From: Patescibacteria group bacterium
Lineage (GTDB): Bacteria; Patescibacteriota; Patescibacteriia; SG8-24; DYFX01
NCBI GenBank assembly: GCA_041659045.1
Contig: JBAZZB010000001.1
Coordinates: 198,111-262,110, forward strand
Direction: 5' to 3'
DNA length: 64,000 nt
Under the pieces are notes generated by a model. It worked only from the letters and a program-made list of their open reading frames with translations. It did no database searches and was not told the origin of the DNA. A program made the position numbers and the translations under genes. Shown piece after piece: positions 42,055 to 51,878 of the stretch (position 1 is the stretch's first letter; every line of letters starts with the position of its first letter).

Positions 42055-43767
42055 TCACATGTTCAGGATCTTCTCGATCTCTCCGTTGTCGGCGTAGGCG
42101 CGCGCCTCGAGGAACTGATCCATGGGCATCGCGCCGAAGTAGAGCGGTTCGCCGTGCTCGTTGTGCATCACCTTGGTGGCGTCATCGAGCTCGAGGATGT
42201 ACTTCCGCAGCGCTTCGTCGCAAACGGGTTCGCCGTCGGCGCCGAAGGTGAGACCGAACGTCTTCGCCAGGATGTCCTTGGCCGCGGGGTCCTTGAACAT
42301 CGCGGTGCCAGGGTAGGCGGTCGCCGTGAACATCCGGGCGTTCACCGAGGCGTATGCCGTCTTGTAGACGTCGCTTCCTGGCGTGAGTCCCTGCGTGTAC
42401 AGCTCGCGCTGCCACTGGATGAACGCGACGCTGGTCTTGAGATCCGCGAGCGTCTCGCCGGGGTAGCCCATGATCCAGGTGCAGTTCGAGTGGATGCCGA
42501 AGGTTCGACAGTTGCTGATACCCTTCACCATCGTGACGGGGAACTCGTAGGCGCGGCCGTCGATCTTCATCGGCGTCAGGCCGTACTTGAGGATGTGGCC
42601 ACCCTTGTTCATCCGACGCAGCATGGGATCGCTGGCGCTTTCCGCGCCGAAGCCGATGTAGACGCAGCCGGCCTTCGCCATGAGCTCCGCCCGTTCGTCG
42701 GCCGCTTCGTCGAGACGCGTGTGCGTGCCCCAGCGAACGCCGAGTGCGGCGTAGGCGCCGACGAGCTGCTCGATCCGCTTCTTCTGGACCGCGAAGTTGT
42801 CGTCGGGATGGCCCATGAAGTCGATCTTGTACTTGTCGACGCGCTGGCGAACTTCTTCCACCAGCTTCTCGGCCGACCGCACGCCGTAGTCGCGCTCGCC
42901 CTGGGCGCCGCGAAAACAGAAGTTGCAGGCGTAGGGGCAGCCGCGGCTGCTGACGGCAGTCAGACTGCGTTCCATCGTGAAGGGCGTCGCCGAACTGTTG
43001 TTCGCGGCGGTGCCCCAGACGGGCGTCGTGATGTACCACTCGAGAACGGGGTTGCCGAACACATCTTCTTCCAGAAGATCCCAAGCCGCGAACGGCAGGA
43101 TGTCCAGGTCGGACGCACGGTTGCCTTCGTAGAGAAAGAGTGGCCGGCCGTCCGGAGCGGTTCCCATGTGGTACGGGCTCAGTCGAGGAGAGATGATGGC
43201 CTTCGAGACCCCCAGCTCCTTCATGAGCTTCACGTCGCGCGCACAGATGAGCATGATGTCGTCGCCTTCGGAGTGGCCGACCGCGTCGAGTTCCGGAATC
43301 CAGCCGAAGAGGCCGGTCCGAACCTCGGTCGCGAGTCCGCCGCCGGAGATGATGAAGGCGTCCGGAACAAGGTTCCGGCAGATCTTCGCGACGTTCTCCT
43401 GCCAGCGCAGCGTCGTGATCATGCCGGTGAAGGCGATGATGTCCGGCGCGCCGTGCTTGTGGAAGTGCGCCGCGAGCAAGTTCTTGGCCTCTTCGTACGT
43501 CAGGTGTCTGCCGTTGGGCAGTCCCGCCGACGCGACGTCCGTGATGCGGTACGCGTTCAAGTCGACGATCGTCGGATCCGCGCCGTACTGGCGCAGCCGC
43601 GCGGCCAGGAGACCTGGTCCCTCGGGCGGCGTGTTGGGCTTGGCGGTCTCGCGAAGCGGCATGTTGATGAAGACGACGCGAACGCCGAGCAGATCGTCAT
43701 ACGTCATTCCGCTGACCAGCGTGCTCGGATGGGCCTTCTGCGTCTTCAAAACGGTGAGTCGGGTCAT
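42055..43767 (-). CDS. Cobalamin-dependent radical SAM enzyme
   Basis: N-terminal B12-binding domain (PEGPGLLAA, SGGGLAT, SEGD); SRGCPYACNFC (CX3CX2C), DDNF, GAESAS, IMGYPGET, YPGT; SD GGAGG; promoter TTGACA-N17-TACGCT. Confidence 0.9.
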   Translation of the reverse strand: MTRLTVLKTQKAHPSTLVSGMTYDDLLGVRVVFINMPLRETAKPNTPPEGPGLLAARLRQYGADPTIVDLNAYRITDVASAGLPNGRHLTYEEAKNLLAAHFHKHGAPDIIAFTGMITTLRWQENVAKICRNLVPDAFIISGGGLATEVRTGLFGWIPELDAVGHSEGDDIMLICARDVKLMKELGVSKAIISPRLSPYHMGTAPDGRPLFLYEGNRASDLDILPFAAWDLLEEDVFGNPVLEWYITTPVWGTAANNSSATPFTMERSLTAVSSRGCPYACNFCFRGAQGERDYGVRSAEKLVEEVRQRVDKYKIDFMGHPDDNFAVQKKRIEQLVGAYAALGVRWGTHTRLDEAADERAELMAKAGCVYIGFGAESASDPMLRRMNKGGHILKYGLTPMKIDGRAYEFPVTMVKGISNCRTFGIHSNCTWIMGYPGETLADLKTSVAFIQWQRELYTQGLTPGSDVYKTAYASVNARMFTATAYPGTAMFKDPAAKDILAKTFGLTFGADGEPVCDEALRKYILELDDATKVMHNEHGEPLYFGAMPMDQFLEARAYADNGEIEKILNM

Positions 43768-43898
43768 GCGATCTCCCTCCAGGAGCGTTGTGCAAGGATC
43801 TGGGCGAAGCGTAGTGTTTTTTTGCCGAATTGTCAAGGTTTTCATGGGACGAAACGCCGGATTTTACGGTTTGCGCAGAGGTGTTATGATGCCCCCAT

Positions 43899-44390
43899 AT
43901 GAAGATCGAGTGGAAAGACATCTTGCTTTTGGTTTCGGATTTCGACGGCGTCATGACCGACGGTCTTGTTCTTGTCGACCAGGACGGGAAAGAGTCGGTG
44001 CGCTGCAGCAGGAGAGACGGTTTGGGCGTCGCGCTTCTCGCCGAGCAGGGAGTAAAAACGATCGTCATCTCGAAGGAGCGTAACGGCGTCGTTGCCGCTC
44101 GCTGTGCAAAGCTCAAGATCGAGTGTTTTTCCGGCGTCGATGATAAAATCCAGCTCTTGAAAAAAGTTTTGGAAGAAAAAAGCGTTGATCCCCGGCAGGC
44201 CTGTTTCATCGGCGATGACGTCACCGACGTCGATTGCATCCGACATATCGGTATCGGTGTCGCGGTTGCTGATGCGATGCCGGCGGCGAGGGAGGCGGCG
44301 GACTACGTGACGCAGGCGAAAGGTGGAGATCACGCGGTTCGGGAAGTGTGCGATTTGATCTGTCATGCCAAACAAGAACATGCATCTTAA
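43899..44390 (+). CDS. kdsC: KdsC-family HAD phosphatase (ulosonate-phosphate phosphatase)
   Basis: DFDGVMTDG, SRRDGLG, FIGDDVTD, GGDHAVREVCD. Confidence 0.88.
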   Translation: MKIEWKDILLLVSDFDGVMTDGLVLVDQDGKESVRCSRRDGLGVALLAEQGVKTIVISKERNGVVAARCAKLKIECFSGVDDKIQLLKKVLEEKSVDPRQACFIGDDVTDVDCIRHIGIGVAVADAMPAAREAADYVTQAKGGDHAVREVCDLICHAKQEHAS

Positions 44391-45153
44391 TCTGGAGGGC
44401 GCGACAATTTTTGTTTCGGGTTCGACGGGCGGCATCGGCTACGCGATTGCAGATTCTTTTTTGGCTGAAGGTGCGCGCGTCTTGATCCATGGAAGAGAGG
44501 AGGCAAAGTTGAAGATCCGTTTGGCGTCGCTGATTGAAAAATATCCTGAGCAGGTCATGGGCGTCGCGGCGGACCTGACGGATCCGAAAGGCCGGAGCGC
44601 GCTGTTCGACGAAATTCATAAAAAAAGCGGCCAGCTCGACGTCGCGGTTTTTTGCGTCGGCAACGGCAACGTCGCTAAGGGGCACAATCTGAGCCAAGAG
44701 CAGTGGGATGAAATTTTCGCGCAGAACTTTTTCGCCAACACCCTCACGGCAACGACGCTCATGCCATTGATGAAAAAAGGGAAGAGCGCGAGTTTGTGTT
44801 TTATTGGTTCAATCGCGGGACTTCAATACCTCAAGGCCCCGACGGGATACGCGGTTGCGAAGTCGGCGCTCGATACCTACGTGAAGTGCGTGGCGCAAGA
44901 GCTTGCCGCTGACGGTATTCGCGCGAATATCGTGCACCCCGGGAACATTCTTTTTGAAGGCGGTCGGTGGGAAGAATTGCGAAAAGAACGCGGTGAAGAG
45001 ACGGAAACGTATCTTGCCTCAAACGTCGCGATGAAACGTTTCGGCACTCCGGAAGAGGTAGCGGCGGCCGTTGTCTTTCTCGCTTCACCGAGAGCGTCGT
45101 TCATCACGGGCGCGTCGATCCTTGTAGATGGCGGGCAGGTAAAATCATTTTAA
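44380..45153 (+). CDS. SDR family oxidoreductase
   Basis: VSGSTGGIG, GSIAG, YAVAK, HPGNI, GTPEEVA, VDGG. Confidence 0.9.
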   Translation: MHLNLEGATIFVSGSTGGIGYAIADSFLAEGARVLIHGREEAKLKIRLASLIEKYPEQVMGVAADLTDPKGRSALFDEIHKKSGQLDVAVFCVGNGNVAKGHNLSQEQWDEIFAQNFFANTLTATTLMPLMKKGKSASLCFIGSIAGLQYLKAPTGYAVAKSALDTYVKCVAQELAADGIRANIVHPGNILFEGGRWEELRKERGEETETYLASNVAMKRFGTPEEVAAAVVFLASPRASFITGASILVDGGQVKSF

Positions 45154-45255
45154 AACCGAGGCTAGAGAACACGCCGTGCGTCGCTACTGGACGAAATGCC
45201 CTGCGCGCGCTATATTCTCGTGTCAGAGATTTTCTTAGAAAGAAAGGAACTAGCC

Positions 45256-46098
45256 ATGGAGCTTTCAGGATCAGCGACAATGGAGGCGTTTACCCTTACG
45301 GGTAAGGTCTACGTCATCACGGGTGGAGCGGGCTATCTCGGCACGCAGCACGCCGAAGCAATTCTCGATGCGGGAGGCAGTGTCGCGCTTTTTGATATCT
45401 CCGAAGGCGTTTTTGAAAAAGCGAAGCAACTTCAAGCATCGCGTAAGCAGCCCGTACGCGGCTATCGCGTCGACATCACGTCAAAATCGGACATCGAGAA
45501 AGCGGTCAGCTCGGTCGTTGCCGATTTCGGCGGGGTTGACGGGCTCATCAATAACGCGGCCTGTAATTCAGAAATGGATCGAGGCGGCAGTGGCTATCGT
45601 GGTGAGTTTGAAAACTTGCCGCTCGAACAGTGGAACAAGGAAATCGAAGTTGGACTCACGGGCGCGTTCTTGATGGCTCAAGTTGTCGGTCCGTTCTTGG
45701 TGCAAAAGGGGAGTGGCGTGATTTTAAACATCGCCTCCGACCTTTCCGTTATTGCTCCTGATCAGCGCTTGTACCGCAACGAGGAAGCGCCGGACGAACG
45801 CCAATCGTTCAAGCCCGCGACCTATTCAGTCACGAAACACGCCTTGGTCGGCCTGACCAAATATTTGGCGACCTATTGGGCCGACAAAGGCATTCGCGTC
45901 AACGCCATTTCGCCGGGTCCCGTCTATAAGGAAGGGGCGGATCCCAAGTTCGTTCAGCGCATCAGCAAATTAATTCCGCTGGGAAGAATGGCGAAGTACG
46001 ACGAATACAAAGCCGCCATTGTTTTTCTCTGCTCCGACGCGTCTTCGTATATGACGGGGCAGAACGTGATCATGGATGGAGGGCGAAGTGTTTGGTAA
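45256..46098 (+). CDS. SDR family oxidoreductase (PtmA-like, associated with nonulosonate loci)
   Basis: ITGGAGYLG, LINNAA, YSVTK, TKYLATYW, YMTGQN..MDGG; SD AAAGGA. Confidence 0.9.
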   Translation: MELSGSATMEAFTLTGKVYVITGGAGYLGTQHAEAILDAGGSVALFDISEGVFEKAKQLQASRKQPVRGYRVDITSKSDIEKAVSSVVADFGGVDGLINNAACNSEMDRGGSGYRGEFENLPLEQWNKEIEVGLTGAFLMAQVVGPFLVQKGSGVILNIASDLSVIAPDQRLYRNEEAPDERQSFKPATYSVTKHALVGLTKYLATYWADKGIRVNAISPGPVYKEGADPKFVQRISKLIPLGRMAKYDEYKAAIVFLCSDASSYMTGQNVIMDGGRSVW

Positions 46099-46912
46099 AA
46101 ACCAGATCGGCATCATCCAGGGCCGCCTGACGGCTTCGGACGGAAAACTCCAATGCTTTCCGTATGGGAAATGGAAGGAGGAGTTTTTTATTGCGCGGTC
46201 TCTGGGATTCGACTGTATTGAACTTATTGTCGAAAGAAAGGTTGGTGCGCCAAATCCGCTTTGGGAGACGGATGGTGTCCGCGAACTTCTCGCGGTTTCA
46301 AAAGAATCGGGCGTGCGCGCTTTTTCTTTGTGCGACGATCAGATCATGGACGCAGGACTGCTTTCCGCTGAAGGTCCTGGGGCTGCCGTGTGCTTTGAGA
46401 CGCTCGTGAAACTTCTTGGTCAACTTAAGCAGCTCGGCGCGACGAGATTAATTTTGCCGTTTCTTGAGGAGGCGAGTGTGAAAGAAAATCGCGAAGGTTT
46501 CCTGGCCGTCAGGGGATATTTGGAAAAACTCGTACCGATCGCGGAAGACTGCGGTGTCGAGATAATGCTGGAGAATGATCTTCCTACGCCGCTTTTGAAG
46601 GAGCTTGTCTCGACGACGGCTGGCAAAATCGGCGTGTGCTATGACACGGGAAACAGGACGTGGTTCGGCTTTACTCCAGGCGAAGAGATTCTTGAATTAG
46701 GGTCGCTCGTCCGGCACGTGCATATAAAGGACAAAGCCGCTGACGGAAAAAATGTCATGCTTGGCACGGGTGCGGTTGATTTTGCTTCCGTCTTTTCCGC
46801 GTTGCGGAAGATCAAATACGATGGCCCACTCATTCTTGAAACGTCGCGCGGCGACGAAGATGTTCAAGCGGGGCGCGAAAATATCGCATTCGTGCGACGT
46901 TTTCTTGGATAG
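46076..46912 (+). CDS. Sugar phosphate isomerase/epimerase (xylose-isomerase-like TIM barrel)
   Basis: GIIQGRL, GFDCIE, MLEND, YDTGN, HVHIKD, LGTGAVDF, YDGPLILE. Start uncertain (46076 or 46088). Confidence 0.85.
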   Translation: MEGEVFGKNQIGIIQGRLTASDGKLQCFPYGKWKEEFFIARSLGFDCIELIVERKVGAPNPLWETDGVRELLAVSKESGVRAFSLCDDQIMDAGLLSAEGPGAAVCFETLVKLLGQLKQLGATRLILPFLEEASVKENREGFLAVRGYLEKLVPIAEDCGVEIMLENDLPTPLLKELVSTTAGKIGVCYDTGNRTWFGFTPGEEILELGSLVRHVHIKDKAADGKNVMLGTGAVDFASVFSALRKIKYDGPLILETSRGDEDVQAGRENIAFVRRFLG

Positions 46913-47017
46913 TACCGAAGTTTTTTAACGCGTCTTACGTACCGTGAGTACGGGTCTTGTCAATTCCATTTTAAAGTGTTAGGGTCGCACCAAGGTCCTT
47001 ACAGCTAGGAGCAAGAC

Positions 47018-47884
47018 ATGACGAAGGTGAAGATCGGCAACTGCAATGTTGGTTCCGGTTCCCCGTGTTTCGTGGTCGGCGAGATCGGCATCAATCACAA
47101 CGGCGATCTCGCGATCGCGAAGAAGCTCATCGACGCCGCGGCCGACGCCGGCTGTGACGCGGTGAAGTTCCAGAAGCGATCCGTTGACGTGGTCTACTCG
47201 GCTGAGGAGCTGGCCAAGCCGCGGGAGAGCCCCTGGGGCAAGACCAACGGTGATCAGAAGCGCGGTCTCGAGTTCGATCTGGAGCAGTACGCCGTCATCG
47301 ACGCGTACTGCCGCATGCGCGGAATCCTGTGGTTCGCGTCCCCCTGGGACGAGGACAGCGTGGACTTCCTCGAGAAGTTCGATCCGCCGTGCTACAAGAT
47401 CGCGTCAGCGTCCCTGACCGACGACGGCTTGCTCCGGCACATCCGGTTCAAGAACCGTCCCATCATTCTCTCGACGGGCATGTCCACGATGGACGAGGTC
47501 GACCATGCGGTCGCCCTCTTGGGCAGCACGGACCTCGTCCTGCTGCACACCGTCTCGACCTACCCGGCGGAGAACAAGGATCTGAACCTCCGTACGATCC
47601 AGACGCTCGCCAAGCGCTTCCCGCAGCTGCCCATTGGCTACAGCGGTCACGAGCGCGGCACGACGCTCTCGGTCAACGCGGTCGCGCTCGGCGCCTGCAT
47701 GATCGAGCGCCACATCACGCTCGACCGTACGATGTACGGCAGTGACCAGGCCGCGAGCCTGGAGCCGACGGGCCTCAAGCTCATGGTCGACAAGATCCGC
47801 GCGCTCGAGGAAGCCCTGGGCGACGGCGAGAAGATGGTTCTCCCCGCGGAGGTCGCGATCAAGGCGAAGCTCCGGCGCAAGTAA
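47018..47884 (+). CDS. neuB: N-acetylneuraminate synthase family protein (short NeuB lacking the antifreeze-like domain)
   Basis: EIGINHNGD, AVKFQKR, KIASA, LSTGMST, STYP, GYSGHE, IERHITLDR; SD AGGAG. Confidence 0.9.
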   Translation: MTKVKIGNCNVGSGSPCFVVGEIGINHNGDLAIAKKLIDAAADAGCDAVKFQKRSVDVVYSAEELAKPRESPWGKTNGDQKRGLEFDLEQYAVIDAYCRMRGILWFASPWDEDSVDFLEKFDPPCYKIASASLTDDGLLRHIRFKNRPIILSTGMSTMDEVDHAVALLGSTDLVLLHTVSTYPAENKDLNLRTIQTLAKRFPQLPIGYSGHERGTTLSVNAVALGACMIERHITLDRTMYGSDQAASLEPTGLKLMVDKIRALEEALGDGEKMVLPAEVAIKAKLRRK

Positions 47885-47896
47885 GCTCTCAAGTAT

Positions 47897-47930
47897 GGGG
47901 AGGCACGTGTAGTGCCTCCCCGTTTTTTTT
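47897..47930 (+). terminator. Intrinsic terminator
   Basis: 10-bp stem GGGGAGGCAC/GTGCCTCCCC followed by a T-run. Confidence 0.8.
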
Positions 47931-49182
47931 ATTCGCGCAAGCGCCTGAACAAGATAATCGAAGCGGCGGAACTCAGTGCGTTGCCGAGAATGAAGGCATA
48001 GACTGCACCCCAGACTCCGTACGGCGGAAGCAGGAGGAGAAGTAGAATGATGCGTGATCCGTTGACGAAAAACTTAAGAATGTAGAGCTCCCTCTGCCTT
48101 TTCTGCGCGAACATCGTTTGCGAAAAGAGAACAGCTGGATGAAACAGATATCCGAGTGCGAGCGCTTGAGACACGGTCACGGCGTCGAGGTACTGCGGGA
48201 AGATCCAACGGAAAACGAAAGGCGCGGCCGCGATATAGGCCGCGATAATGACGGCGTACGCCAAGAAAATTCTAAGAGATTTGTCGTAAATCGTGGCTCG
48301 GATGGTTTCCAAAGACGACGAACTGAGTTTGGGGAAGATAAGCGTCGTTAGCATTTTTGAAACGACCTTCAACTGCGCCGGCAAGCTGAAGCCGATGCTA
48401 TAGATCGCGAGCGGTACGGCGCCAAGATAGTGGTAGATCAACACCTTGTCCGCATGAAAGACGATGATGCTGATGATATTCAAAACGCTGACATGCTTCC
48501 CGTAGCTGATGTTCGAATAGTCCACCGTGTTTCCCGGCTTGTACTTCTGAAGGGTACGAAGGTAGAGAATGCTGCTTGTCGCCGCGTGCGAAAGAAAATA
48601 GGCGAGCACGATCACGATGACGTTGCGGGTGATGAGGATTGTCCCCAAGAGCGCAATGGCGGGAACGACGCTTCTGAAGATGCCGTAGATCGAATCGGTC
48701 TGAAAATCTTTTTTCCCACCCAGAAAGGAGGAATACAAAGAAGTGCTCTCGATGATAGGCAAGAGAGCGCCAGCGATTAAGAAAGAGATCGCGACGATCC
48801 AGTTATTTTGGATGAAGTAATAGGTCGCGCCGACCAGAGCGGCGAGAAGTACGAGCACGCTCCATTTCAGCTGCACCCAAAAACCCGTACGGATCATGCC
48901 TTCAAACCCTCTGGCGACGGCTTGAGTAACGGCGATGCCCATGCCGCTGAGAGAAAAGGCCGCGAGGATTCCCGCCAGAGAGAGGATGTATTTATAGTCC
49001 CCGTACACCTCCTTTGGCAGAAGGTTCGCGAAAGCGACGGCAAGCAAGAGTCCTGAAACCATCGAAACGCCCTGGCCCACCATGAGCCAAAAACTACCCT
49101 TCGCAAGGTAGAGCATGTCGGTTTTCATGTATTTCTCGCTCCAGCGCAAAAGGCGCACGATGCGGTCTCGTAGGATATCCAT
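47929..49182 (-). CDS. wzx: Oligosaccharide flippase (Wzx/MOP family)
   Basis: About 12 TMs; AFANLLPKEVYGDY, GPLAIYS-like GAVPLAIYS, LLLPPYGVWGA; ATG at 49182. Confidence 0.85.
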   Translation of the reverse strand: MDILRDRIVRLLRWSEKYMKTDMLYLAKGSFWLMVGQGVSMVSGLLLAVAFANLLPKEVYGDYKYILSLAGILAAFSLSGMGIAVTQAVARGFEGMIRTGFWVQLKWSVLVLLAALVGATYYFIQNNWIVAISFLIAGALLPIIESTSLYSSFLGGKKDFQTDSIYGIFRSVVPAIALLGTILITRNVIVIVLAYFLSHAATSSILYLRTLQKYKPGNTVDYSNISYGKHVSVLNIISIIVFHADKVLIYHYLGAVPLAIYSIGFSLPAQLKVVSKMLTTLIFPKLSSSSLETIRATIYDKSLRIFLAYAVIIAAYIAAAPFVFRWIFPQYLDAVTVSQALALGYLFHPAVLFSQTMFAQKRQRELYILKFFVNGSRIILLLLLLPPYGVWGAVYAFILGNALSSAASIILFRRLRE

Positions 49183-49293
49183 GAAAGGAGTATGCCACCG
49201 AAGGTCGAACGTTCCAAGGGTGACGTTGCTGTTCTGTCTCATCCGCGCTAGGATTTCCGCGCGTTCATTTTTGCGGCGCACAGAGGAGGTTTC

Positions 49294-49905
49294 ATGAACT
49301 ACAAATCGGAAACGATCGCTGCCTACGACGCGTACCCCGATCGCTTCGATCAAGAGTTCGAGCAGCACATGCTTCGGCACAACTCCGAGCACATTCGAAG
49401 GTTCCTCGCCGCGCTTCGCGGCCCGCGTGTTCTTGATCTCGGGTCAGGACCAGGTAATCACGCGGCTGCGTTCGTACACGCTGGTTGCGACGTTCTCTGC
49501 GGAGACCTATCTGTCGCCATGATCGAACAGTGCCGGAAGAAGGGTCTTGAGGCGGAGGTGCTCGACCTTGAGACGTTCGAGCTCGGTCGTCGTTTCAACG
49601 GTGTGTGGGCCAACGCGTGCTTGCTTCATCTGCCCAAGAAGCAGATCCCCGGCGTTCTTGATCGGATCAGGCGTCATCTCGAACCGACGGGTGTATTCGC
49701 TTGCGGTGTAAAAGAAGGGGAGGGGGAGCGTTTCGAGTCCGACGTCGACTACCCAGATACCCAACGCTTCTTCAGTCGCTACACCGACGAGGAGTTCCGT
49801 GCACTGCTCGCGCCGACCTTTCTGGTCGAACACTTCGAACGCACGTCCTCGCCCTCTGGCCGCACCGTCTTCCTCAAATATCTCGCGCATCCGCGGCACT
49901 CTTGA
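49294..49905 (+). CDS. Class I SAM-dependent methyltransferase
   Basis: VLDLGSGPG, GVWANACLLH, KEGEGE; SD GGAGG. Confidence 0.88.
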   Translation: MNYKSETIAAYDAYPDRFDQEFEQHMLRHNSEHIRRFLAALRGPRVLDLGSGPGNHAAAFVHAGCDVLCGDLSVAMIEQCRKKGLEAEVLDLETFELGRRFNGVWANACLLHLPKKQIPGVLDRIRRHLEPTGVFACGVKEGEGERFESDVDYPDTQRFFSRYTDEEFRALLAPTFLVEHFERTSSPSGRTVFLKYLAHPRHS

Positions 49906-49974
49906 CGCTGTTGGTCACCTCCGCGCTCCGATGGTAAAATCTCGCCATCGGATTTTTTATCCCCACCCGCCACT

Positions 49975-50388
49975 ATGCCCAGCCTAGAAGAAGTACACGG
50001 CCGTTTGCGCGTCAAAGCTCGCGAAAAGAGCGAATTGCAGAAGGCGTTCAAGGATGAACTCGCCAATAATCCTCGGTACCAGCAGATCTCTGAACAGCTC
50101 AAGGTCTTGAAAGAAGAGAAGAAATCGATCGAGAACCAGGTTTGGGCGGCTTCCTCGGCGGACGCGCAGAAGCTCGACTTGCTGGCACTCGACATCAAGT
50201 CGGATCGCGAGATGCTCTCCGAATTGGCGCTCAACATGTACGTTAAAGGAGAAACCGTGCAGATCGTCGACGAGTATCAGGCTCGCTGGGTTCCGAAATT
50301 TGCCGTGACGTTTAAGAAAGATGACGAGACGCAGGAGGAGCGTACGTCAGCCGCCGCTCAAGTCCCTGAACCGGATTTTGCGGCCTAA
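49975..50388 (+). CDS. Hypothetical coiled-coil protein
   Basis: Charged helical sequence, plausible codon usage, upstream TGGTAAAAT extended -10. Confidence 0.75.
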   Translation: MPSLEEVHGRLRVKAREKSELQKAFKDELANNPRYQQISEQLKVLKEEKKSIENQVWAASSADAQKLDLLALDIKSDREMLSELALNMYVKGETVQIVDEYQARWVPKFAVTFKKDDETQEERTSAAAQVPEPDFAA

Positions 50389-50403
50389 CGATTCGTCCTC
50401 CGT

Positions 50404-51042
50404 ATGGAAGAAAAATCGATTCAAAAATTGAACGCGGCGATCTCCGTCGTGTTTATCGTGGCCGCGCTCATTCTCTTCGGTGTCGCGCTCAAAAATCGCA
50501 ACGTACCCGAGCCTTCTCCGGAAACTTCCGCACCTGCGCCTGCGCAAGAAACGCAGCAATACCAAGATCTCGCCGGCATGCGCCAGCTCGAACTCGCCAA
50601 GGACTTCGCGAGCTGGACGCCAGGCGCCAAAGTCGAACCTGAAAAAACCCGTAGCGCCAACTTGGTCGTCCTCGGCACCGTCAGCAAGGCTTTTTTGACG
50701 GTCAAAACTTCGGTCGACGGTAAGCCGCTCACGAAATACGAGAGTGTCTTCGTGAAGTTGAATGACGCTGGCGGACATTTGTTTCGCCCACAGTCACTCG
50801 CGACTCCGGGATCAGACGTGACGAGACTTCTCTTCTCTTTGAATGAGGTGCCCGTGCTTCCGAGTATTCCGTACGACGAAACACGAACGCCGTCCCAGGC
50901 AAATTTGCTCGACGTGTTGGAAGACGGAAAAATCGTCAAACTCACCGCTTTCATTTCTTCGCTTCGTCCCGCGTTGTTCGATGAGCTCTCGCTTTCCTAT
51001 ATGTGCGCCGAGGGTTCCGATTGCAGCGTGTCACTTCGTTAA
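50404..51042 (+). CDS. Hypothetical membrane-anchored extracytoplasmic protein
   Basis: Single N-terminal TM, Pro-rich linker, C-terminal Cys pair. Confidence 0.75.
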   Translation: MEEKSIQKLNAAISVVFIVAALILFGVALKNRNVPEPSPETSAPAPAQETQQYQDLAGMRQLELAKDFASWTPGAKVEPEKTRSANLVVLGTVSKAFLTVKTSVDGKPLTKYESVFVKLNDAGGHLFRPQSLATPGSDVTRLLFSLNEVPVLPSIPYDETRTPSQANLLDVLEDGKIVKLTAFISSLRPALFDELSLSYMCAEGSDCSVSLR

Positions 51043-51058
51043 AAAGGTGAGGTGGATA

Positions 51059-51100
51059 ACCGACCTGGCGCTTCGGCGACCGGGTCGGTATTGTTTTTCT
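51059..51100 (+). terminator. Probable intrinsic terminator
   Basis: CCGACCTGGCGC-TTCG-GCGACCGGGTCGG stem-loop followed by a T-rich tract. Confidence 0.55.
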
Positions 51101-51119
51101 GTTCCCCAAGGAGGAGTCG

Positions 51120-51833
51120 ATGGAGAAGTTTCATGAAATCGAATTGCGGATTTCGCGCTGCCTGACGCGCTTCCGCCGGCTCCGGCGGAACAACCCCAGA
51201 ATCCGTCCTTTCGTCGTCGAGCTGCTCGGTACGCCGAAGTCGGGCAAGACGACTATTGCGGAAGCGATCGAACACACGCTCAAGCGCAACGACGGCATCG
51301 TCACGGCGCGTCCCGAAGGCGCGACGGTTGTCGATCGCGTGAAGCGCGACACGCCGCACTACAACCTCGAGACCTGCCGCTACGCCCTTTCCGAGGTCAC
51401 GCAGCGATTGGAAAGCGATCTCGATCTCATCATCCTCGATCGCGGCCTCATGGACGGCATGATCTGGATGGAGTACTGGCAGAAGAGAGGAGATCTTTCT
51501 GAAGATGACTATGCCAAGGCGATCGCCTTCTACGGCATGGAAATCTTTCGTGATCTTTTCGACCTGCACGTCCTCCTGGTCTGCGAGCCCGAAGTCGCCA
51601 TGCAGCGCGAGCTCGCCAAGCGCCGCTCCAAGAAGGATGGCGACACGATGAATCTCGGCACCATTCAGAAGCTGCGCGGCTATCACGACAATCTCTGGAC
51701 TCGTCTGGACGGCAACAGCGACCATCGCATGTCGATGCACGATTCTTCCAGGGAAACTTCCGAGGAGACCCTCGACGTCGTTCTCGCACACATGGCTGAC
51801 GTCTTCGAACGTCGTCTCGTCGGTCTCAAATAA
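51120..51833 (+). CDS. P-loop nucleoside-monophosphate kinase (thymidylate-kinase-like)
   Basis: VELLGTPKSGKTT (Walker A), ILDRG, CEPEVAMQRE lid; SD AAGGAGG. Confidence 0.75.
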   Translation: MEKFHEIELRISRCLTRFRRLRRNNPRIRPFVVELLGTPKSGKTTIAEAIEHTLKRNDGIVTARPEGATVVDRVKRDTPHYNLETCRYALSEVTQRLESDLDLIILDRGLMDGMIWMEYWQKRGDLSEDDYAKAIAFYGMEIFRDLFDLHVLLVCEPEVAMQRELAKRRSKKDGDTMNLGTIQKLRGYHDNLWTRLDGNSDHRMSMHDSSRETSEETLDVVLAHMADVFERRLVGLK

Positions 51834-51860
51834 CCCACGATGTCGTGGGCTTTTATTTTA
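51834..51860 (+). terminator. Intrinsic terminator
   Basis: Stem CCCACG/CGTGGG followed by CTTTTATTTT. Confidence 0.55.
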
Positions 51861-51878
51861 TGTTAGGGTGGAAGCGCT

